Positions 32,688 through 41,552 of a stretch of 64,000 nt of DNA are shown piece after piece. Position 1 is the first letter of the stretch. Every line of letters begins with the position of its first letter. The stretch is from NCBI GenBank assembly GCA_963662285.2, contig CAXXMV010000006.1, positions 480,001 to 544,000 on the forward strand. Direction: 5' to 3'. The position numbers and the translations under genes were made by a program. A model generated the notes under the pieces. That model had not been told where the DNA came from. It was given only the letters and a program-made list of their open reading frames with translations, and did not search any database. Source of the stretch: a bacterium (GTDB lineage Bacteria; Hinthialibacterota; Hinthialibacteria; Hinthialibacterales; Hinthialibacteraceae).

Positions 32688-35016
32688 CAGACCTCCTGAG
32701 CTCACCCGTGGTTTGCGGTTCTCGCGGGATTTTGTTAGGATACTGGAGGGAAGGCCAATCCTGCAGAGTATGAGGGAGTTAAAAAAATGCCGCAGACCTT
32801 ATTACCTCTATTCGCATCAGGCGAAGGATTCATATCCGAGTTGATTTCCTATCAAAAAAAAGATGGATCGGTGTACTACTTTCATGCCGGATTACCGGTT
32901 TTCAGTCATGGGGAAACCGACCTTAAAAGTTTTCGCATGTTCACCAGCCAGTTGGCGGTCAGTGGAGTCTGCCGCCAAGTTGACATCGTTAGAGCCTTTG
33001 GCATCAGCGCCATCAGTATGAAGCGATGGGTCAAGAAATACCGCGAGGAAGGCCCGGAAGCATTCTTCAAAACTCCGCGCCGACGCAGCGAACATGTCCT
33101 GACGCCGGAGGTGTTGCAAAAAACCCAAGACCTCTTATCGCAGGGCGTGAGCCGTTCCGAAGCAGCGAAGCAAATGAATTTAAAATCGAATACCTTGTCG
33201 AAGGCGATCTGCGCAGGCCGCTTGACCGAACCGGTAAAAAAAAAGACCTGAACGGCAGCAACAAAAGCCAGCGCAGCGCGGCGGATCATGCCGCTCCCAT
33301 GGGGATGGGATGTACGCGGGTCGTGGAGCGGGTCTGCGCGGCGACGGGGCAACTCAGCGAAGCGCCCACCCGTTTCGAGACCTCGCTGGACGTCTGCAAT
33401 GGCGGCGTGCTTTGGGCGCTGCCGGCGTTATCGGCCAATGGATTGTTGACCAAAACAGAAGCCTTGTTCTCCCTGCCCAAAGGTTATTATTCCTGCATTC
33501 ATATTTTCCTGCTGTTAGCTTTCATGGCCTTGATCCGGATCAAGACCAACGAACAGTTGCGCTATTTTCCGGCGGGAGAAGGGGGCAAATGGCTGGGATT
33601 GGATCGAATCCCCGAAGTGCGGACCTTGCGGGAAAAGATCAAAATCCTGGCGGCGCCCGAATCGGTCGCGCAATGGAGCCGCATCTTGTCACGGCATTGG
33701 ATGGATAACAATCCAGAGGCGGCGGGAGTTCTGTATATCGATGGACACGTACGCGTCTATCACGGCTCGCAAACTCCGCTCCCCAAACGGTACGTGGCGC
33801 GCGACCGCTTGTGCATGCGGGGCACGACCGACTATTGGGTAAACGATCAGCAGGGCGATCCGTTCTTCGTGGTGAGCACGCCGTTCACCGCGGGATTGCT
33901 GGATATGTTGAAACGCGAGATCGCGCCGCAACTGCTGCAGGATGTTCCCAACCAGCCCAGCCCGCAACAACTCGAAGCGAATCCTTATTGCCATCGGTTT
34001 GTCATGATCTTTGACCGTGAGGGATACAGCCCAACCTTCTTCGCGGAGATGCGGACGCTCCGCATCGCCTGCCAAACCTACAACAAGTATCCCAAAGAAG
34101 ATTGGCCGGAAGCGGAATTCACCGAGGTCAATGTGGAGATGCCCGGCGGCCATTCATCACGCATGAAATTGGCTGAACGAGGGGTGTTCCTGGGCCGGGT
34201 TTTGTGGGTGAGGGAAATCCGGAAACTCACAGAAAGCGGTCACCAAACCTCGGTGATCAGTACGGATTACGCCTCTGATTTCACCCGTATTGCGGCGCAT
34301 ATGTTCTCGCGATGGTCACAGGAAAACTTTTTCCGTTATATGATGCAACACTATGGAATTGATCGGCTTATCGACTACGATCTCGTCAAGCCGGATGATA
34401 CCGTGAAAGTGGTCAATCCCGCCTATCGTTCTTTGGAAGGCCGGATAAAAAAACAAGCGGGACGATTGGGAAGAAAGAAGGCGGAGTTTGGAAATTTGGC
34501 GCTGACGGAATCCCAGGTGGAGGAGAAAGATATCTTATCCTTTGAACAAAAAAAGGGGGAAATCAAAGAAGATATCGAGCAGTTGGAGCATGAACTGGCC
34601 GGGATGAAGGAGGAACGTAAAACGGTTGACAAGCACTTGCCGCTTAATCAACTGCCGGAGCCGGAACGGTTTTTGCAACTCGCTCCGACGCGCAAACAAT
34701 TTCTCGATGCGATTAAAATGATTGCCTATCGGGCGGAGACGGCCATGGCGATGATTGTGCGAACAAAATTGGCCCGAAGCGACGATGCCCGCTCATTGAT
34801 CCGGGAAATATTTGCGACGGAAGCGGATCTCATTCCGGATGAGGAAAACAAAACCTTAACGGTGCAGTTGCACCATTTGACCAACCACCTATCGGATCAA
34901 GCCGCCCGCAACTTAGCAGCGAATCTCAACGCCACAGAAACCATCTACCCCGGCACGGAATTGCGACTAATCTACAAACTGGTATCGGATGAAATTCCAC
35001 CAGATCAGGAGGTCTG
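32688..35016 (+). mobile_element. Intact insertion sequence, 2329 bp, family not assigned
   Basis: Terminal inverted repeats CAGACCTCCTGAGCT / CAGACCTCCTGATCT (14 of 15 match); AAGTT direct repeat at 32683-32687 and 35017-35021; GC higher than the flanks. Confidence 0.93.
32787..33251 (+). CDS. IS OrfA (HTH DNA-binding)
   Basis: RQVDIVRAFGISAISMKRWVKKYREEG HTH and a second HTH; ends just after an A9G tract. Confidence 0.85.
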   Translation: MPQTLLPLFASGEGFISELISYQKKDGSVYYFHAGLPVFSHGETDLKSFRMFTSQLAVSGVCRQVDIVRAFGISAISMKRWVKKYREEGPEAFFKTPRRRSEHVLTPEVLQKTQDLLSQGVSRSEAAKQMNLKSNTLSKAICAGRLTEPVKKKT

Positions 35017-35017
35017 A
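33236..35017 (+). CDS. IS OrfB, DDE-type transposase, probably expressed by -1 frameshift from OrfA
   Basis: Lies in the -1 frame relative to OrfA. Motifs LYIDGH, IFDREG and RWSQENFF. Slippery tract AAAAAAAAAG at 33236-33245. The ORF track opens this frame at 33026. Confidence 0.85.
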   Translation, partial: KKKDLNGSNKSQRSAADHAAPMGMGCTRVVERVCAATGQLSEAPTRFETSLDVCNGGVLWALPALSANGLLTKTEALFSLPKGYYSCIHIFLLLAFMALIRIKTNEQLRYFPAGEGGKWLGLDRIPEVRTLREKIKILAAPESVAQWSRILSRHWMDNNPEAAGVLYIDGHVRVYHGSQTPLPKRYVARDRLCMRGTTDYWVNDQQGDPFFVVSTPFTAGLLDMLKREIAPQLLQDVPNQPSPQQLEANPYCHRFVMIFDREGYSPTFFAEMRTLRIACQTYNKYPKEDWPEAEFTEVNVEMPGGHSSRMKLAERGVFLGRVLWVREIRKLTESGHQTSVISTDYASDFTRIAAHMFSRWSQENFFRYMMQHYGIDRLIDYDLVKPDDTVKVVNPAYRSLEGRIKKQAGRLGRKKAEFGNLALTESQVEEKDILSFEQKKGEIKEDIEQLEHELAGMKEERKTVDKHLPLNQLPEPERFLQLAPTRKQFLDAIKMIAYRAETAMAMIVRTKLARSDDARSLIREIFATEADLIPDEENKTLTVQLHHLTNHLSDQAARNLAANLNATETIYPGTELRLIYKLVSDEIPPDQEV

Positions 35018-35878
35018 AGTTAGATTTTCTATTTCTTTTATTTCCTTTTCGCATACATCCAGAATTTCTTTTGGTGTATGTCCTAATTTTTTTTGTAGAT
35101 CCTCAATCTTGAGCCGTGTCTCTTCTATTTGTAGTTCTTTGAGATTCATATCCTTTATGCCCATTTGGATATCAACTATATTCTTTAATGCAGAAATACC
35201 CTTATTGAAAGCAAATGATAATAACATACCCATAAAAATCAAACTTACGGCACCTTTTGGTATTCCTACCCAGTAATCTCCATCTTTAACTCTAAAAGTT
35301 GGTTTCCAACCGGTGCTGATTTCTATTTTAATTGATTCGCCTGTATTAATTGAGTGAATTTCTAAAGCATCTATTTTATTTTTATGCCAAAGTTTTTTTA
35401 TATATAATTCAATATTATCATAATGAACATTTTCTATTTTTTCCCAACCAGTTATATTTATGAAATAAAATAGTTTATATAGTTTTGTTATTTTTTCTAA
35501 TAACTTTGCTAAATGATCCGGCGATAAAATTCTATATGAAATATAGAATTGAACAGAACCGAGATGGATAACATCGGATATTGTTTGATTAGTCCAATAC
35601 TCTTTTTGTTCTAATTCTACTTCCTGAATCTTACTTAGAATATCATGGGAAAATTCATTCTGAATTCTGTTATTAAACTCTAATTTTTCTATTAAAGAAT
35701 ACTGAGCTTTTTGGATAATATCCCTCATTATTGCATGATTTTCTCGAACTTGGTTATGCAAGTCGTGTTTAAGTTCCTGTATTACATTATGCATTCTAAT
35801 AAATAGTATTGTTATTGTTATTGTTATTGTTATTGATAATATTACAATGAAAATTGTATCTACCATTTTTTTGTCCAA
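34967..35878 (-). pseudogene. Low-GC hypothetical membrane/coiled-coil protein interrupted near its C-terminus by the IS
   Basis: The last ~16 residues (SDLLIWWNF...) are read from the IS end; the native tail lies at 32555-32687. Confidence 0.7.
35807..35836. repeat. (TATTGT)x5 hexanucleotide microsatellite encoding an Ile-Thr repeat in the TM helix
   Basis: TATTGT four times followed by TATTGA. Confidence 0.75.
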
Positions 35879-35906
35879 TAATTTATTAATAATAAATCCA
35901 GTGCAA

Positions 35907-35945
35907 ATGGTGGGCTAAAAGCCGCGAAAGCGGCGCAGCCCACCA
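35907..35945 (+). repeat. REP-like hairpin, family A
   Basis: TGGTGGGCTAAAAGCCGCGAAAGCGGCGCAGCCCACCA; near-identical to 50165-50204. Confidence 0.8.
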
Positions 35946-35980
35946 AATTTCAACATAGGATATTAAAATCCACCCCCGGT

Positions 35981-36415
35981 TTATTCGCCTCCCACCGCTT
36001 CAACAGATCGAACTTTATCGCCGATAGCGATAGCGCCGTTTACTTGTTTGAGACCTATAGTCTGGTTTTTTTGTACGTTGAGCCTATCGCGGTAAATGTC
36101 GTTGGATGCAGATGGAATCGAGGAATGGGTTTGAGCCAGGGTGGCTGAGAGGACGGTGGATTGGGTGGTGGTCTCTTTGCGGATGGGCATAACCAGAGCC
36201 ATTTTTTCCTGAACGTGGACGGCTTCTAATATGGTTTTCACCAGTTCCAGCCCACCCAGGGATTCTTCCGAATCAGGATCATTGATCTGGTCGCCCTCTT
36301 CATAGACGATGAACTGGTCGCCGCATGAAACGCCTTGTTCCATACCTAGATTAATGATAAGCCTTTGGTCGTCGAGTATCGCTGCTACCAATCCGCGAAG
36401 AAATTGTTTTGACAT
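35981..36415 (-). CDS. Hypothetical protein with a FlgT C-terminal-like beta domain
   Basis: IINLGMEQGVSCGDQFIVY...DPDSEESLG pattern; RBS AAGGAG. Confidence 0.6.
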   Translation of the reverse strand: MSKQFLRGLVAAILDDQRLIINLGMEQGVSCGDQFIVYEEGDQINDPDSEESLGGLELVKTILEAVHVQEKMALVMPIRKETTTQSTVLSATLAQTHSSIPSASNDIYRDRLNVQKNQTIGLKQVNGAIAIGDKVRSVEAVGGE

Positions 36416-36667
36416 GGTAGTCTCCTTAGTACGAATAGAATCAATACTTCTAATATAAACGAAAGTAGGCGTCTATCGCAACGCTATAACACTCAGTAAT
36501 CTATAAAATAAATCAAAATCCTATCTATTCTATGTTATTTCAGCGTTGGAAACAGCAAAAATCAATTAATATTGCTATTTCCACCTTGCATCATTGAGTT
36601 GCCATAGCCTACATTATACTATTATAGACGAAGAAAATATCGTAATAATTCATTCCAGAGGGCGTCA

Positions 36668-37765
36668 ATGTCGCTAATCGATTTTGGATATAAATCTTTT
36701 GTTAAACCGGCTCTTTTTCGCTTCAATCCAGAAACAGTACATGAATGGGTCATGGGTCAGCTGGGCTGGGCTAGATTATTCAAGCCTATTATGAGGAAAC
36801 TATTCCGGCGGGATGATCCTCGTCTGGAGAGGAATATCTGGGGATATAACTTCAAGAATCCCATAGGATTAGCGGGTGGATTCGACAAAAACGCCGTCTG
36901 TACCGACATCTGGGAACTACTAGGTTTCTCCTTCTTCGAAATCGGCACTCTCACGCCGCGTCGTCAGGAGGGCAATCCCAAACCGCGCTTGTTCCGTTAT
37001 CCAGAACAGCAAGCCCTGGTCAACCGGATGGGCTTCAATAACGATGGCGCCGAGAAAATCGCTGAGCGTCTAGCTGCGGCGCGAGCCAGGGGACGCCAAC
37101 CATCCGCCATCATGGGCGTCAGCATCGGCAAGCAGAAAGTGACTCCCGCCGCAGAGATGGTACTGGTGATAGATGATTACCTTGTTTCATTGCGGCAATT
37201 GTATGACTACGGCGATTTCTTTGTAGTCAATGTAAGTTCTCCCAACACGCCCGATCTGCGTTCGTTGCAAAAACGCGAGCCATTGTCGAGATTGTTATAT
37301 GAATTAAAGGATGAAATGCACGGCCTGGGCGCTGGAGAACACCCCAAGCCTTTATGCGTCAAACTAGCTCCTGATCTATCCAACGATGAAATTATCGAAG
37401 CGGTGGACGTGGCGCGTGAATGCGAGATCGACGGGATTATAGCCACCAATACCACCAACAAAACCGGGGATTTGCAAGAAGGCGGCTTAAGCGGCAAGCC
37501 CTTGCGCCAGCGTTCTACCGAGGTCATCCGGTTGATTGCAGAGCACACTAATTACACAATGCCCATAATTGGCTGCGGCGGCATCTTCTCCGCCGAAGAT
37601 GCTATTGAAAAACTGGAAGCAGGCGCCTGGATTCTGCAAATCTATACCTCCTTCGTCTATGAAGGTCCCTTGGTAGTCAGCGCCATATTACGCGGCTTGC
37701 TGGATGATATGGAAAAGAAGCAGATGACCAGTTTGAGCCAGTACAATCCTGGTCGTAATCAGTAA
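36668..37765 (+). CDS. pyrD: Quinone-dependent dihydroorotate dehydrogenase (class 2)
   Basis: NPIGLAGGFDKN, QEGNPKPRLFR, NRMGFNN, NVSSPNTP, VKLAPD and GGLSG motifs. Confidence 0.96.
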   Translation: MSLIDFGYKSFVKPALFRFNPETVHEWVMGQLGWARLFKPIMRKLFRRDDPRLERNIWGYNFKNPIGLAGGFDKNAVCTDIWELLGFSFFEIGTLTPRRQEGNPKPRLFRYPEQQALVNRMGFNNDGAEKIAERLAAARARGRQPSAIMGVSIGKQKVTPAAEMVLVIDDYLVSLRQLYDYGDFFVVNVSSPNTPDLRSLQKREPLSRLLYELKDEMHGLGAGEHPKPLCVKLAPDLSNDEIIEAVDVARECEIDGIIATNTTNKTGDLQEGGLSGKPLRQRSTEVIRLIAEHTNYTMPIIGCGGIFSAEDAIEKLEAGAWILQIYTSFVYEGPLVVSAILRGLLDDMEKKQMTSLSQYNPGRNQ

Positions 37766-37842
37766 TTTTTAGTTAACAGTTCAGCTATATGAAGTGATAA
37801 GATAAAAAATTATGATTGATACAACGCTTTGATGATAGAATT

Positions 37843-37877
37843 CTCCCCCCAAGCCTGGGGGGAGTTAGAGGGGGGTT
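37843..37877 (+). repeat. REP-like hairpin, family C variant
   Basis: CTCCCCCCAAGCCTGGGGGGAG-TTAGAGGGGGGTT; same architecture as the copies at 47029 and 49047. Confidence 0.55.
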
Positions 37878-37955
37878 GCGCTTTGGAGTAGGGATCAGGC
37901 GCTTCAACCGACTTAACTATTACATAGTATTTATCCTCATCAGATAGAGGGATCA

Positions 37956-39818
37956 ATGAATCAGCAACTGAATCCCAATCGCATCAGCGGCTGTTCGCCA
38001 GACTGTCTGATGCGTAATTTACAGACGTTGCAAAAGTGTTCGCCGCAGCTCTTTAAACAGATGCTCGAATACTATAATTCCCATTGTTTCCATGCATCAA
38101 AAGTTGATGACGGCGCTTTCAATATTAGAGTTGAAAGCAATGACGGAGTTATCCAGCAAACCATATTCGTCCCCCCGGCTGATGTTTTCCCCCCGCCACT
38201 GGCGGCGCGCTATCAGTCATATAATTCCCAAAAACAATGGCTGGTAGTATTCGGATTAGATGCGCTGATTGTGCAGGGATTGCAGCGGCTGCAATTATCC
38301 GAATTGAGTCCTATAGCGCTTATTGAGCCTGATGCGGTGCAATGCCTGACCTGGTGTCTGGTAAGGTCTTTTGAAGCGGTATGGTCGCTGCCGCAATTTC
38401 ATATCTACATCGGTAAGGATGCCGCCCGGCGTTTCCTGCAAGATTTCAGCGGGGCGCTCGAACCATATTTCATAACCTGCGAAGGCTTCTACTTAATACC
38501 AAGTCAACGTTTCATGCAGGCCGCTTCATCTTTACCGGCCTTCGTCCAGGCCGCCCAGAATCAGTTCGCCAAAAAACTGCATGAGATTCAGCAAATTGGA
38601 ATTAAATTCGCTGAACACTATGCTGATAAGAATCATCAACCAACCGGGAATGTGATTATCCTGGTTCCCGCCATCAGTTGCTGGATCGAATTAGGACGCG
38701 GTATGGCGCAAGGTTTCCAGGACTGCGGATTCAATGCTACCGAGTTTCGCGTATCCTTTCCACCATCTTCAATCACGGCCCACCAATCACTTCAATTGCT
38801 GCTTAAGGCGCAACGGCTGCGTCCTGACTATATAGCCACCCTGAGTCATCCGTCTGATATGTTCGCCCGCGGCTTGGAGCTAATTCCCATCCCACGCTTG
38901 ATCTGGTATGTCGATCAACCGGATCACCTTATTCAACAGCAACATGGAAAATTCGATTATCTGTTTCCCTTCTGGCGGGAATTTAATACAACCCTGCAAA
39001 CGCGCGGCGGGTGGTTAGGCCGGGAAATCCCGGTTGGAGGAAGGCCTCTGCTTGCCGAATATAAAACAGAATTATCCTGCCAGGTCGGTTTTGTAGGTTC
39101 AGCGCATGATTGGAGCGCATACCGCTCATCATTACCGGATGAACTTAATAATAAAATCAATGCTCTGCTGGATGCGAAGTTGCTGCATGCCAAATCTTCT
39201 TATGAGGATTATTTTGCAGAATTCGATATCACCGAAAAAGATTGTCAGTTGATTGTAAAATCAATCGAGTCTCAGCTGCGCCGGCCGGGCATGTCTGATC
39301 AACAGATCATCTTCTTCTTTTTTAATGTGGAATGCACTCGCTTGCATCGAGTAAACTTGCTTTGTAAGTTACACGAATTTGATCTCAAAATATTCGGCAA
39401 CTCTGATTGGGAAACTCTGCTCAAAGGCACGCCCATCGAAAGCGCCTTCCAGGGAAGGGGGCTGCCTTCTGATGAATGCCGTAACTTCTACCGTTCGGCG
39501 GATATATCACTCAGCCCGCATCCCACTTATCCACACAGCGGCCCCAATCCACGTGATATGGATATTATAATGTGCGGTGGTTTTGCGCTGTCTGATCTTC
39601 ATATTCACGCAGCAGAGCGTATGAATGAATATTTCGAGATCGATGAAGAAATAGCCGTGTTTGATAACCCGGATAATATCGTCGATAAAATCCGCTATTA
39701 TCTGGAGCGGTCGGATGAGCGCAAAGCCATCATCCAGGCCGGGCAAAACAGAATACTAAAAGATCATACCTATGCTCAACGCATCAAACAAATGTTGGAT
39801 TACGTGAAAGCTCCTTAA
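37956..39818 (+). CDS. CgeB-like glycosyltransferase with a Maf-like N-terminus
   Basis: VGFVGS, LKIFGN, GPNPRDMDIIMCGGFALSD and KIRYYLE...ILKDHTYAQR motifs. Confidence 0.8.
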   Translation: MNQQLNPNRISGCSPDCLMRNLQTLQKCSPQLFKQMLEYYNSHCFHASKVDDGAFNIRVESNDGVIQQTIFVPPADVFPPPLAARYQSYNSQKQWLVVFGLDALIVQGLQRLQLSELSPIALIEPDAVQCLTWCLVRSFEAVWSLPQFHIYIGKDAARRFLQDFSGALEPYFITCEGFYLIPSQRFMQAASSLPAFVQAAQNQFAKKLHEIQQIGIKFAEHYADKNHQPTGNVIILVPAISCWIELGRGMAQGFQDCGFNATEFRVSFPPSSITAHQSLQLLLKAQRLRPDYIATLSHPSDMFARGLELIPIPRLIWYVDQPDHLIQQQHGKFDYLFPFWREFNTTLQTRGGWLGREIPVGGRPLLAEYKTELSCQVGFVGSAHDWSAYRSSLPDELNNKINALLDAKLLHAKSSYEDYFAEFDITEKDCQLIVKSIESQLRRPGMSDQQIIFFFFNVECTRLHRVNLLCKLHEFDLKIFGNSDWETLLKGTPIESAFQGRGLPSDECRNFYRSADISLSPHPTYPHSGPNPRDMDIIMCGGFALSDLHIHAAERMNEYFEIDEEIAVFDNPDNIVDKIRYYLERSDERKAIIQAGQNRILKDHTYAQRIKQMLDYVKAP

Positions 39819-39826
39819 GGATTATT

Positions 39827-41542
39827 ATGCCAGACTCGCTCCAACAACGTTATGATATTTTGAAGCAATATCATCCTGCTTTATGGCAGGCAGTTCAAAA
39901 CCATGACCGGAAACCCGGCATGGATAATATGCAATGCTTCGCTGCGGATAGCATTATCCAGAGAATCCTTGAATCCTGGAGCGCCGGATCATCGCTGGTT
40001 ATAACCAAGGGAGTGGGCGACGGCCAGTGGCTTGAACGTTGCGTCGAACAGAATCATATTGCAAATGATTCTAATCAGGGTCTGCTGATTATCGAGCCGG
40101 TCCTCTCCCGCTTTATAGACGCTATAGAAAAATACGATTTCACCGGACTTTTGAGTTCAGGTTATGTCATGTGGTGCGTCGGCTCTGATTGGGCCAAACA
40201 GTGGATGGAATTGGATAAAACGAAACACATTGCCGGAAGCATCAGACCGGCATTGATTCCGGTTTATGATGTAATTTCCTCAGAGTATTTGGCGGCTTAT
40301 AAAGCGGTTGACTCGATCCTCCAGGTAAGCATCCCCGCGCATCAAAAACGCTTTCAGGCGGCGATGGCAGGGCTGAAGAAGCATTATCAACATCCCTATG
40401 ACGGCCCTATCCGGCGTATCTGGGCGCCAAATTATAAGCAAGGCAAAGCAACCCATTTCGTACTTAAAGGAATGCTCGATGGACTTAGGTCATGCGGCGT
40501 ACAGGTGGATGAATGCGCAGTCCCTTCATATCAATATGTCAGCGCCAGAACCGAACTATGGTCTTTGATCGAAAGTAAACCTGATCTGGTTTTATCATCC
40601 AATTTGTCTTTACAATCCATGTATAGTACATTCGTTGAGGGGCTTAATGTTCCGGCGGCGTTATGGTACACCGATGCTCCGATCCTGGATTTCGCCAAAC
40701 CTCTGATCAATCCTCATGACAAAGTTTTTTGTTTTGACGCTCACTATATCCCCGCGCTGTCTCAGACCATCGGGCGGCCTGTGGGCGCTCTGCAAACCGC
40801 AGCCAATCTATTGCAACCGGCTGAACCTGATCCATCGCTGGCTTGCGACGTCAGCGTTGTGGCCAATGTGCAATCGATTAAAACCATTCTGGAACCATTC
40901 ACCTTCGAAGATAGAAAGTATCTCAGTGACATGGCTGAGATCAGAGCCGCTGACCGTTATGTTGATCTTGAAACGCTGGTCAAAGAATCATCTCCTCCAA
41001 CTGGTCCTTTGCAGCGTCAGCCCATCTCTTATATTGCAGTAACCATCTATGCCATCGCCAATGCTATGTACCGCAAGAGAACTATTCAGAGACTCACAGA
41101 TTTCGATATAAAAATATGGGGCGGTTTGGGCTGGCTCGAAGATGAGCCGGATAACTCTCCAATCCGCCGGGCTTATCAGGGACATACCACTAGCAAAGAG
41201 CAACTGGCTTCGATATATCATTCCAGTAAAATCCATGTTTCATTGCATAGCCTTAATTCTATCCGGGGATTAAATATGCATTGCTGGAACGCTCCATATC
41301 ATCAGACATTCGTGCTCACCGAAAATCTTCCCGGCATCGCTGATTGCTTTAAGCCAGAACAGGAAATTGCCTGCTTTGATGGAGCGGATCAACTGGCCGA
41401 TAAAGTAAACCATTGGTTGGCCGATTCTACCGGACGGCAAAGCATAATTGAAGCGGGAAGGGAACGCGTAATCCGGGATCACACCTTCCCCGTCCGCGCC
41501 CGGCAATTGCTTGATGCGATTGCAGCGCCGGATGACGCCTGA
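39827..41542 (+). CDS. CgeB-like glycosyltransferase with a Maf-like N-terminus
   Basis: KGVGDG...LLIIEP; IKIWGG; IYHSSKI; GLNMH; GRERVIRDHTF. Confidence 0.8.
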   Translation: MPDSLQQRYDILKQYHPALWQAVQNHDRKPGMDNMQCFAADSIIQRILESWSAGSSLVITKGVGDGQWLERCVEQNHIANDSNQGLLIIEPVLSRFIDAIEKYDFTGLLSSGYVMWCVGSDWAKQWMELDKTKHIAGSIRPALIPVYDVISSEYLAAYKAVDSILQVSIPAHQKRFQAAMAGLKKHYQHPYDGPIRRIWAPNYKQGKATHFVLKGMLDGLRSCGVQVDECAVPSYQYVSARTELWSLIESKPDLVLSSNLSLQSMYSTFVEGLNVPAALWYTDAPILDFAKPLINPHDKVFCFDAHYIPALSQTIGRPVGALQTAANLLQPAEPDPSLACDVSVVANVQSIKTILEPFTFEDRKYLSDMAEIRAADRYVDLETLVKESSPPTGPLQRQPISYIAVTIYAIANAMYRKRTIQRLTDFDIKIWGGLGWLEDEPDNSPIRRAYQGHTTSKEQLASIYHSSKIHVSLHSLNSIRGLNMHCWNAPYHQTFVLTENLPGIADCFKPEQEIACFDGADQLADKVNHWLADSTGRQSIIEAGRERVIRDHTFPVRARQLLDAIAAPDDA

Positions 41543-41552
41543 ACGCCAAAAC

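Noticed and set aside
32892-34632. Several antisense and alternate-frame ORFs inside the IS
   Set aside because: They overlap the transposase in GC-rich sequence and have no motifs or RBS support.
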